Below are positions 1 to 8,384 of a DNA stretch of 64,000 nt, in pieces. The first letter of the stretch is position 1; every line of letters begins with the position of its first letter. The stretch is from IMG/VR virus record IMGVR_UViG_3300020473_000017. One strand, 5' to 3'. The DNA is from a virus. Under the pieces are notes generated by a model, which saw only the letters and a list, made by a program, of their open reading frames with translations, searched no databases and was not told the DNA's origin. The position numbers were made by a program, and so were the translations under genes.

Positions 1-109
1 CCACTAGATCATCTATCTGATCATCTTCAATATTAATTTCTAATACAGGAGCACCGTTTTGACGTAAAGCGTAGTCAATCAGTCCCTGCCTTGTGGAAGG
101 AGAAGCCAT
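1..109 (-). CDS. gp13: Neck protein gp13, 5' part (runs off the window)
   Basis: Manual translation from ATG at 109 gives MASPSTRQGLIDYALRQNGAPVLEINIEDDQIDDLV, the typical T4-like gp13 N-terminus. It follows the fibre region, as expected. Confidence 0.9.
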   Translation of the reverse strand, partial: MASPSTRQGLIDYALRQNGAPVLEINIEDDQIDDLV

Positions 110-112
110 GTC

Positions 113-3100
113 TTAAGTTGGGTTAACGTTGAATCTAATTCTCACTAGATATGTAGTATTTGCATCAAGATTAACATTACCAGGTAGTGTGTATGCTACT
201 TTGTTGGTTGAGTTACCAAGAGATTGATGTAGTATAGTTGTAAACTGTGGGTTGTTTACAGGTACTTCTACGTTAGGAGCAAATTGCCAGTCACTAGATG
301 TATGCTGATATCCAGTCTTCATTGCAATAGGATCAACATTAATCGTTGGATTAAATGCTGGTGTTATTACTTGAATGTCTGGTTGATCAACAATTGGAGT
401 TGAGAAATTAGCAGCAGAAGTATATGCACTCTCTAATCCATTATTATCTCTGAATTTAACCTGAACAAAGTATGCTGTATCAAAATCTAAAATTGATACA
501 GGAACAGTAAAGGTTGTTAAGTTACCTGTGTCACCCTGAGCAAACGTTCCACTTGTATCATATACAGTGACGTTATCACTAGTTCTTCTTATCCTCCAGA
601 ATGTAGAATAATGAGTTGACCCTGCATACTCTTGAATGAAAGCAGAAGTAGTAATAACTGGTTGTCTTGAAAGTGTCTTAGTAGTATCAGCATCAACGGT
701 TGGAGTTACAGATACTGGTCCAGATACAAACTCAGATTCATTAACAGTAAGAACTACTGCATCAGAAGTTACTGTAGTTGCCTCAGCATTAGATAGAACA
801 ACTCTGAACTGTTCAGATGGATTTGTTGGGAATACAGTTGCTGGTGATGTATAACTAGAAGCATTAGCTCCATTGATATTAGACCATGATCCACCAGAGT
901 TAACTGAGTTCTGCCACTGATATGAAATTACATCACTTGTAATTGCAGCAGTAATACTAAAGGTTGCGGTCTGTCCTTCAATAACAGATGTATTAACTGG
1001 TTGCTGACTAATAGAAATAACCCTTAGAACAGTTAATAAACCATGATCTGAAGTTATGTCTGCAGCAGATCCAACAAGAGAAACTACACAACGATAACGA
1101 TCTTCATCATCATCGGCATGTACTAATGTTGGTGTTGTATATGTATTGTTAGTTGCACCACCTACAGACGCATAGTTTGAACCATTATCATCAGATCTTT
1201 CCCACTGATATGTTGGTGTTCCACTACTTGATGTTGTAGCAACAGAGAATACTGCAGTTGCCCCTTCATTTGCAGTTGGGTTGGAAGGTTGTGCTGTAAT
1301 AGAGAATGTTCTTTGTACAGTTAAAGTTGCATTATCTGTATACGCAGAAACAGATGCTCCAGTAGCATCTAACTTACAACGATATAAATCTTGGTTATCA
1401 TCAGCATATGTTAATGCAGCAGTTGTGTATGATGCAGATGTTGCTGAACCAATATCACTCCAGTTAGCTCCAGCATCATCTGATTTTTGCCACTGATATG
1501 TTACTGAAGGTTCGTGATGTGATTGACCTTCAAATCCTCCACCTCCTCCTCCAGAAGGAGTTGTAAAGGTTTCTGTATCAAATGATGAACTAGCAGCATT
1601 ACCACCAAAAGGTTGCATAGTAACATCACCCAAGCAAGTGAACGTTGCAGTAGCATTTTCATTGACTGTAGCATCAGATGGATGAGTTGAAACAACTACA
1701 GTTACAGTTTCTACTTGTAATGTAGCAGCATTACTAGGTATGGTTGTTGCACCTGGACATGCAAGTAAACAACGGTATTGATTCTCGTCGTATGTTGTAG
1801 TTAATGTAGGTGTCGTATATGTTGCTGTTGTACCTCCAGATCCTTCAGTAACATCAGACCATGAAGCACCATCAGTAATAGAAACTTGCCACTGGTATGT
1901 TATATCTCCTGCATCACTATCAGATGTAGTTGCAGCTACACCAAATTGTTCTGTACCACCAACTGCACCAGTAGTATTTGTTGGTTGTGCAGTAATACTA
2001 ATTGTTCTTGTTACTAGACTTCTAGCAACAGAAGAAGTTACGTTTGCTGCACCAGCAGCAGATAAAATACAACGATAATAGTCTCCATAGCTATCATCGT
2101 AGGTTGTAGATCCTGTACTATATGTTGTTGAGGTAGCTCCACCTATAGGACTATAACTTACCCCGTCGCCATTCTCTGATTTCTCCCACTGATATGTGAT
2201 AGCAGCAGAATCAAGAGTACTAGCAGCAACAGTAAATGATGCAGCTGCAGGTGCAACTGGAGCTGAATCTACTGGTTGATTACTTATAGTAATAGTACGG
2301 AATACTGTTAGGGTAGCAGCAGTAGTATATGCAGGGACTACAGCAGTAGTTGTATCTAACTTACAACGATACTGATAAGTGTTCTTGGCAAAATCATCAT
2401 CTACTGTTAAGGTATTTGTTGTTGCTCCACTATATCCACCACCATTAGAAACATCAGACCAACCTACACCACCATTACTTGAGAACTGCCATTGGAATGT
2501 AATGGTAGATCCATCAGAACTAATACCCGAAACAGGACCAAACGTAGCAGTACCTCCAGATCCAGCTTCAACTGAAGTATCAGATGGGTGTTGTGTGATT
2601 GTAACTAGAACACCAGTTCCTGTTGTAGTAAAGCTATAAGATTGAGCATTACCAGTAATGTTCTCAGTTACAGTAAAGTTAAATGTGGTATCAATATAAT
2701 CTGAAGTTACAGTACCACTTAAAGCACCTGTTGTTGTACTTAATGCAAGACCAGATGCTCCAATACTATCTCCACTAAGACTATATGATTCTGCAGTTGG
2801 TTCACTAGCAAATGTAGTTCCCGCTAATCCAAGATCTATATTAACACTTGCACCATTAGCAAATGGAGTTCCACTTACTGCACCTGAAGATGCTTGCCAT
2901 GTTACATTAGTATCAATGTATGGGAAGAATATGCCACGCTTCGTTGTGAGAGGAGATGTATTAGCATCATACTTAAAGTCAACACCACTATCTACTGGGA
3001 AATATATGACATTAGTATAAGTTCCTGTACCAGCAGCTTCTTGTACATCAGTTTGAGATCTTAAAGTTGTTTCTGTTAGAATAACTCCATCTGTACCTTC

Positions 3101-5272
3101 ATGATATTTTTCCTCTGGATTTATCAGAGCAAGATAGTTATTTGATCCACCACCAGTTGTACCAGCATTAGCAACACTTTGAGCCTGAATAGTAATAGTA
3201 TTATTAACAGCACTCTCTGCCTGAATATTCAACCATCCAGATTGAGATAGTAAAGCAAGATCAATACCACCAACAGTTAATGCTCCAGTTGATCCTGTGG
3301 TTCTTAATTGAACTTTCTTACCAACATTACCAATGAAATGTGCTGCATCAGCAGGGTCAAATGAAACCACAACATAATCAGAACCATTTGAAGTTTCAAA
3401 TGGATCAGCTGGAAGCTTCTTATCTATTATACTATTGACTGGATAATTACCATGAGCACCCTTAGTAATATCACCATTGCTAGCTGATACAGTTCTACAG
3501 AATTCTTTTGCCTGACCTGCTATATTATTTGTATTAAGAGTGAAACCATTCTTACTACACCATGCTGCCATGATGCCCGAAACTATTGGACATGAGAATG
3601 ATGTACCATTTATAGTACTGTAATTTGCTGTACTTGTATATGGTGTGTTAGCAGTCCAGTCATATGTTGGAGTTAATATTCTAGCACCAGGAGCAACAGT
3701 AGTTACACCCGAACCATAGTTTGAGAAGTCTGCCCATCTATCATTATACTCTGTAGCACCAACACAAATCTTTTTCTGATCAGTATCTACATTATTAATA
3801 CCACCTGTGGCATTATCTGAATAACCAGCAGTTCTTGATCCAGCAATAGCTTTGGTTTGCATTGGTCCTGCAAAGACATCACTACTATTCTTGAAACCAT
3901 TACCTGCAGATCGACATACAATTATACTATGGTTATCTGAAATAGTTCCTTCAATATCATCTAGTATTTCCTCATCAGTACCACTATCATCACCAGCATC
4001 ATTTAGTTCCACATAAGGATAATTTTCATTAGGTATAGTAGGACCAAATGAAGCATTGATAATTGCAGGTCTAGTGTTACCTTTATAGTCAGCATGACCA
4101 GAATCATTATGATCAATAACTGCCTGATAAGCACTTAAGATAGCAGTGAATGATCCAGAATTACTAGAACTAAATGCTTTAGCTGCATATATTTTTGCAT
4201 TCTTAGCAACACCTGCACTTCTACCAGCAGCTAGAATAGCACAATAAGTTCCGTGACCATTATCATCTTCATTATTAGTTCCATAAGAACCAGCATAATT
4301 AGTCATCTGGAACACTCGATAGTTCTGTTGCTCAGAAGCACCGTTCAGATCTGATACAAAATCAGGATCATAAAGTTCTGGATGTAAAGCAGCGTTGTTA
4401 CCAGTTGGTCTACTTGCTCCACGAACACCAGTATCAATTACATATATGTCAACACCATCACCTGTTTGAGTGTAACTATATTCTCCGTTTAAATATTGAC
4501 GTTCTTGTTTTGTGATTCTATCTAAATGCCAGAAATCATGTACATTGACAGTACCATATCTACTGACAGGAGAATATGCATACCTACCCATATTAGTATG
4601 AGCAGTGCAATAGAAGAATAAAACTGAAGGAGTTGAAGCACTTACAGATAAAACTGTAGTACCATCTGTACCTGGTGAACCAGTAGTACTTACTCCTGTT
4701 GTAAACTCTGTACCATTAGTAGTATGAGTTCCATCTGGTGTTATAGAAAATCTAAATGGATGACCAGCGTTTGAAGCGTCTGACTGATCAAATGTATATG
4801 TACCACCCTGAACAAAACCAGTTTGGTTTGAATATGTTGAATAAGTTCCACTAGGACTACTAGCAAATACAAAGAGATCATTACCACCGAAGTTTTGTAC
4901 CTTCACATAAATGGTACCTGCACCAGTGGTGGTTAAATTTCTAGTATTACTTGTTGTTGAAGTCTCAGCAGAAGTATTAATATCTAATGAATCTGAATTA
5001 TCTACAGTTAAAGTAGCACCTGTTTCAACAGGATCTATAGAAAACTTATCATCAGCATCCCAAGTACACTTCTTGACTGGTCCCAAAGCATTTAATTTAT
5101 CAAGCAAACCGCTTGTATACTTATCTGGACAATCAAAAGTTATGATTGCAAAACTTCTAAATGATTCTACAAAGGTGAGATAACCGTATAATTTGAGAAT
5201 TGCTGCAGCAGCGGAATCCAAACTATAATTATCAGATACCCTAACGACTACCCTCTTCATTCTAACTGGCAC
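113..5272 (-). CDS. Subtilisin-like S8 serine protease with prodomain, cupredoxin-like insert, six Ig-like repeats and FN3-like C-terminus; probably virion-associated
   Basis: Catalytic motifs VIDTG, NGHGT, SAGN and GTSFSCP. Six repeats of the form I..QP....[YF]QW..S..G..W....GAT...Y.....YRC. GTG start preceded by GAAGGA; the ATG at 5260 is an alternative start. Confidence 0.88.
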   Translation of the reverse strand: MPVRMKRVVVRVSDNYSLDSAAAAILKLYGYLTFVESFRSFAIITFDCPDKYTSGLLDKLNALGPVKKCTWDADDKFSIDPVETGATLTVDNSDSLDINTSAETSTTSNTRNLTTTGAGTIYVKVQNFGGNDLFVFASSPSGTYSTYSNQTGFVQGGTYTFDQSDASNAGHPFRFSITPDGTHTTNGTEFTTGVSTTGSPGTDGTTVLSVSASTPSVLFFYCTAHTNMGRYAYSPVSRYGTVNVHDFWHLDRITKQERQYLNGEYSYTQTGDGVDIYVIDTGVRGASRPTGNNAALHPELYDPDFVSDLNGASEQQNYRVFQMTNYAGSYGTNNEDDNGHGTYCAILAAGRSAGVAKNAKIYAAKAFSSSNSGSFTAILSAYQAVIDHNDSGHADYKGNTRPAIINASFGPTIPNENYPYVELNDAGDDSGTDEEILDDIEGTISDNHSIIVCRSAGNGFKNSSDVFAGPMQTKAIAGSRTAGYSDNATGGINNVDTDQKKICVGATEYNDRWADFSNYGSGVTTVAPGARILTPTYDWTANTPYTSTANYSTINGTSFSCPIVSGIMAAWCSKNGFTLNTNNIAGQAKEFCRTVSASNGDITKGAHGNYPVNSIIDKKLPADPFETSNGSDYVVVSFDPADAAHFIGNVGKKVQLRTTGSTGALTVGGIDLALLSQSGWLNIQAESAVNNTITIQAQSVANAGTTGGGSNNYLALINPEEKYHEGTDGVILTETTLRSQTDVQEAAGTGTYTNVIYFPVDSGVDFKYDANTSPLTTKRGIFFPYIDTNVTWQASSGAVSGTPFANGASVNIDLGLAGTTFASEPTAESYSLSGDSIGASGLALSTTTGALSGTVTSDYIDTTFNFTVTENITGNAQSYSFTTTGTGVLVTITQHPSDTSVEAGSGGTATFGPVSGISSDGSTITFQWQFSSNGGVGWSDVSNGGGYSGATTNTLTVDDDFAKNTYQYRCKLDTTTAVVPAYTTAATLTVFRTITISNQPVDSAPVAPAAASFTVAASTLDSAAITYQWEKSENGDGVSYSPIGGATSTTYSTGSTTYDDSYGDYYRCILSAAGAANVTSSVARSLVTRTISITAQPTNTTGAVGGTEQFGVAATTSDSDAGDITYQWQVSITDGASWSDVTEGSGGTTATYTTPTLTTTYDENQYRCLLACPGATTIPSNAATLQVETVTVVVSTHPSDATVNENATATFTCLGDVTMQPFGGNAASSSFDTETFTTPSGGGGGGFEGQSHHEPSVTYQWQKSDDAGANWSDIGSATSASYTTAALTYADDNQDLYRCKLDATGASVSAYTDNATLTVQRTFSITAQPSNPTANEGATAVFSVATTSSSGTPTYQWERSDDNGSNYASVGGATNNTYTTPTLVHADDDEDRYRCVVSLVGSAADITSDHGLLTVLRVISISQQPVNTSVIEGQTATFSITAAITSDVISYQWQNSVNSGGSWSNINGANASSYTSPATVFPTNPSEQFRVVLSNAEATTVTSDAVVLTVNESEFVSGPVSVTPTVDADTTKTLSRQPVITTSAFIQEYAGSTHYSTFWRIRRTSDNVTVYDTSGTFAQGDTGNLTTFTVPVSILDFDTAYFVQVKFRDNNGLESAYTSAANFSTPIVDQPDIQVITPAFNPTINVDPIAMKTGYQHTSSDWQFAPNVEVPVNNPQFTTILHQSLGNSTNKVAYTLPGNVNLDANTTYLVRIRFNVNPT
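745..2610 (-). repeat. Six tandem Ig-like protein repeats of ~95-100 aa
   Basis: ITFQWQFS, ITYQWEKS, ITYQWQVS, VTYQWQKS, PTYQWERS and ISYQWQNS, each followed by YRC or FRV. Boundaries are approximate. Confidence 0.85.
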
Positions 5273-5274
5273 TA

Positions 5275-6477
5275 TTATCCTTCAGTTGTATTTATACTGA
5301 AAAAATTGGATAGTCTTTTTTCCATTTCATAGAAGAATTCATCATCCCATAGGAAATTAGCAATAATTCTCATAGACTTATTCCTAGTCTTTGTTAGAAC
5401 TATTCCTGATTCTTGTAATTCCTCTTGACTTAAATCCCTATGTACATCTAAAGAAAGTAATAAACCACTAAGTCTATACCCTGTAATATAATTTTTATTC
5501 AATAAACTTTCAGAAACAGATCTGAGTTTATCTTCTATACCCTGACATTTACTAAACAAATTCTCACGTACGATAATATTATTAACTGTATTCATAGCAG
5601 ATATACCTGTCATGGTAGGTTGCCAAGTATGTCCCCAAGTCCAATCCTTTTTCTTTATTACATCCCCAACCTTCTTATTAGCAACCGCACAACCAAGAGG
5701 TGTGTATCCAGCAGTTAAAGATTTACCCAATGCAGATATATCAGGTTGTACTCCATACCTCTTATATCCATGGTAATCTCCACCCTTACCCCAACATACT
5801 GCACAATCATCACTCATCATAAGGATATCATTTTCATCACATATATGACGAATCATTCTCCACCAAGATTTTGACCATGGAATACCACCATTAATCCATG
5901 GTAAAGTTTCCATAACTATACATCCAATCTTTCTTCCACAACAATTATATGACTTAATAACAAGATCCAAATACTTAAGTGCTTTCTCCTCAGACCTTAC
6001 CTGATCCTTTTCATCTTTCCATATAGGAGTTGGCACCTTCTTAAGTCTCTTATTTACACTATCAACCTCACTCATATCTCTAGTAAGAAATGTTGTTCCA
6101 TGATAGCTTGGTGTAAAGGTAACAATATAGTTACTTTGATTACCCCAATATTGATCATTCATTTTAATTGCAGCTTCAACTGCAGATGATCCAGATATAG
6201 CCCAAGACAAAACATCCCAGTTGCCAGTAGAGCAAACTAGGTCTGTCATCTTTATACACAATTCAGAAGTCTCTCCTCGATTACCTCTGATAAAATTAAC
6301 TTCAGGTGCCAAAGCACCCATTACTTCTTTATTACCGTATCCTAATATATACGCGGAATTACCAGACTGAAGATCTATCAGTCTAGTTCCATCAGAATAT
6401 TCTATCCAATATCTATCTGTCTTAGTTACAACTTTATCTAAGGGTTCTTTACTCCAAGCCCTAAGTTCATAACCCAT
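5275..6477 (-). CDS. Class III PLP-dependent aminotransferase (BioA/ornithine/omega-aminotransferase fold)
   Basis: Motifs IDLQSG..ILGY, SGSSAVEAAIK, SYHGTT, DDCAVCWGK, PDISALGKSLTAGY (PLP lysine) and GHT. Confidence 0.9.
   Translation of the reverse strand: MGYELRAWSKEPLDKVVTKTDRYWIEYSDGTRLIDLQSGNSAYILGYGNKEVMGALAPEVNFIRGNRGETSELCIKMTDLVCSTGNWDVLSWAISGSSAVEAAIKMNDQYWGNQSNYIVTFTPSYHGTTFLTRDMSEVDSVNKRLKKVPTPIWKDEKDQVRSEEKALKYLDLVIKSYNCCGRKIGCIVMETLPWINGGIPWSKSWWRMIRHICDENDILMMSDDCAVCWGKGGDYHGYKRYGVQPDISALGKSLTAGYTPLGCAVANKKVGDVIKKKDWTWGHTWQPTMTGISAMNTVNNIIVRENLFSKCQGIEDKLRSVSESLLNKNYITGYRLSGLLLSLDVHRDLSQEELQESGIVLTKTRNKSMRIIANFLWDDEFFYEMEKRLSNFFSINTTEG
5289..5296 (-). promoter_or_regulatory. 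T4-type late promoter TATAAATA upstream of the subtilase gene
   Basis: Exact gp55 consensus on the minus strand, 17 nt upstream of the GTG at 5272, inside the 3' end of the aminotransferase. Confidence 0.8.
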
Positions 6478-6787
6478 CTGGTAAATATTTCTTAAGTTCT
6501 CCCTCAGTAGGTGCAGCAGTCATTCTCTCAACTGGCTTACTGAATTTTAAATCATGTGCTGAATCAAATTGGAACTTAGTTCTTAAATGAGTTCTATCTC
6601 GTTCTACAATAAGATGATAGTAATGCCCATAAACATTTTCACTAAATCCAATTGCTATAATTGGTCGGGTATCATAAACATCCCCGACCTTCCATGGACA
6701 AGTTTCCTCAGTTCCATCAAAAGGAATATAGAACTGAGTTGATTCTACGTGTTCTTTTTGTCGAGCTGCACTACTCTTTACTATCAT
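6467..6787 (-). CDS. Hypothetical protein, 106 aa
   Basis: ORF overlaps both neighbours in an operon-like way. No motif recognised. Confidence 0.7.
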   Translation of the reverse strand: MIVKSSAARQKEHVESTQFYIPFDGTEETCPWKVGDVYDTRPIIAIGFSENVYGHYYHLIVERDRTHLRTKFQFDSAHDLKFSKPVERMTAAPTEGELKKYLPDGL

Positions 6788-6950
6788 CTGTCTCTGGTTC
6801 TTTCTGTGTTAATTGAAGTGCTTCAATAGCTCCTTCCAATCTCAACACCTGTTCGTTACGGGATTTGAGTTGCTTTTCAAGTTCCACTACAGTTGCTTTC
6901 TGCTCTTTCAATTGATTGGTGAACTCTCCCACCATCTTTTCAATATCCAT
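6771..6950 (-). CDS. Small coiled-coil protein, 59 aa, not in the ORF track
   Basis: Manual translation MDIEKMVGEFTNQLKEQKATVVELEKQLKSRNEQVLRLEGAIEALQLTQKEPETDDSKE shows a heptad pattern. ATAAATA lies 22 nt upstream. Confidence 0.8.
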   Translation of the reverse strand: MDIEKMVGEFTNQLKEQKATVVELEKQLKSRNEQVLRLEGAIEALQLTQKEPETDDSKE

Positions 6951-6971
6951 GTTTTAAAATTATAAGTGTAT

Positions 6972-6978
6972 TATTTAT
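6972..6978 (-). promoter_or_regulatory. Probable late promoter ATAAATA
   Basis: Intergenic TAATAAATAA on the minus strand upstream of the ATG at 6950. Confidence 0.65.
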
Positions 6979-6988
6979 TATAGCACAA

Positions 6989-7459
6989 TTACTCCAGATC
7001 GGGCAACGCTACACCATTCATAACCAATGCTGGATCTTCAGTTACAACTTCTTTCCTATAGTTTGTTGCCACTTGAGCTGTCATATACTTTAACTTGTGA
7101 GAATCAATAGCTGGCAAATTCAATGCTGTTATATTGGCTTCATAAGTATCAAGATCAATAACTCCTAGTTTTAAGTTCTTTACATTGTCATAACATGCAG
7201 TTGCATCACTTATCAACTGTGTGTCAGTAGCACCTGATTCTAGTGTAGAAATAATTCCTGCCTGTGCATCTTTCTTCACCTTCAAGATATACTGAGCATA
7301 AGTATGCCACTTCTCTCTTCTTGGTTTCAGCCTAGGTAAAGAAGTTTTTCCTTCCAATCTAAGACCTTTAATATAATCCTCTTCTGCTGTTGTCAGAGTT
7401 AAGGAACTATCACTACGCATCTGTAGGATGAGTAGATATTCTGTAGCAGATAAATTCAT
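6989..7459 (-). CDS. Hypothetical protein, 156 aa
   Basis: ATGA overlap with the upstream gene. No motif recognised. Confidence 0.75.
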   Translation of the reverse strand: MNLSATEYLLILQMRSDSSLTLTTAEEDYIKGLRLEGKTSLPRLKPRREKWHTYAQYILKVKKDAQAGIISTLESGATDTQLISDATACYDNVKNLKLGVIDLDTYEANITALNLPAIDSHKLKYMTAQVATNYRKEVVTEDPALVMNGVALPDLE

Positions 7460-8361
7460 TGTACCCAGATCTCCGCACGCATGGTTCTATTTACACCAGT
7501 GGTTCCTTGACAACAGTAGATATGATCTCCTGCAGAGGAGTCTGTTCTACGATGACCTATACCACCACAAACATCATTGGAACTTTCTCCACCTTCGTTG
7601 TTCCAACCAAATCCCCAACGCATAGCATTGTTACTTGATCCAGTATAGTTAAATCCATACCATTGGAATCCATTCTGGTTTGTGAATCCAGATCCAACGT
7701 ACATACTTTCTCCGCGTGGGTTACTTGATATACGATAGTTACTCTGGAATCTTTGTAAGCATGTCTGTCCTATACCACCTTGCTTCCAAGTCCAACCATT
7801 ATAACCAACTGATGATTGACCACCATTGTTTATATCAGGGAAAACTGCACCGAGTGTTTGTGCAACAAAATAATTGAATACATGGTTCTTATGATCACCA
7901 TCGTTTCTATTCAACTGAGATGTTTCATTATATGTGTTTGTAGCTGTCCAATAGTTAGTATCATAATGGAAGGTGCTTCCTCTAGTACACTTCCATGCTA
8001 ACATCCAACCACCACCACCTAAGTGGTTTACATCCATCATACAATATACTTGCTTCGCACCTACACTAGGTAATAAGATCCAGTATACACCATCTGTAGC
8101 TTGTGGATTAACTTGTAATATTGATGATGCACTTGTGGCCGCTTTTTCTGCAGAAGAACCATCTGGTTCTGATCCACCACCGATGTTCATCCACTCAGAT
8201 CCATTCCAAGTTTGTAGTTTCTCAGAAGTACTATTATAAATCGTTGCACCAACGTCCAAACCACTTGTGGGTCTACCGCCTTCTGAATAACTAGGAAAGT
8301 TTAAATGTGCGGAGGCATCTACGGTACTGGAATTGAGAGTGCTACAGTTAAGAGTTCCCAT
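7456..8361 (-). CDS. Fibrinogen-C-like domain protein with fibre-type N-terminal module; putative receptor-binding protein
   Basis: DGVYWI...QVYCMMD....GGGWML is the fibrinogen-related motif. N-terminal RP....G..IYN....LQ.WNG..W module. Confidence 0.7.
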   Translation of the reverse strand: MGTLNCSTLNSSTVDASAHLNFPSYSEGGRPTSGLDVGATIYNSTSEKLQTWNGSEWMNIGGGSEPDGSSAEKAATSASSILQVNPQATDGVYWILLPSVGAKQVYCMMDVNHLGGGGWMLAWKCTRGSTFHYDTNYWTATNTYNETSQLNRNDGDHKNHVFNYFVAQTLGAVFPDINNGGQSSVGYNGWTWKQGGIGQTCLQRFQSNYRISSNPRGESMYVGSGFTNQNGFQWYGFNYTGSSNNAMRWGFGWNNEGGESSNDVCGGIGHRRTDSSAGDHIYCCQGTTGVNRTMRAEIWVQ

Positions 8362-8384
8362 TATTTCCTATGATAAGTCCTAAT

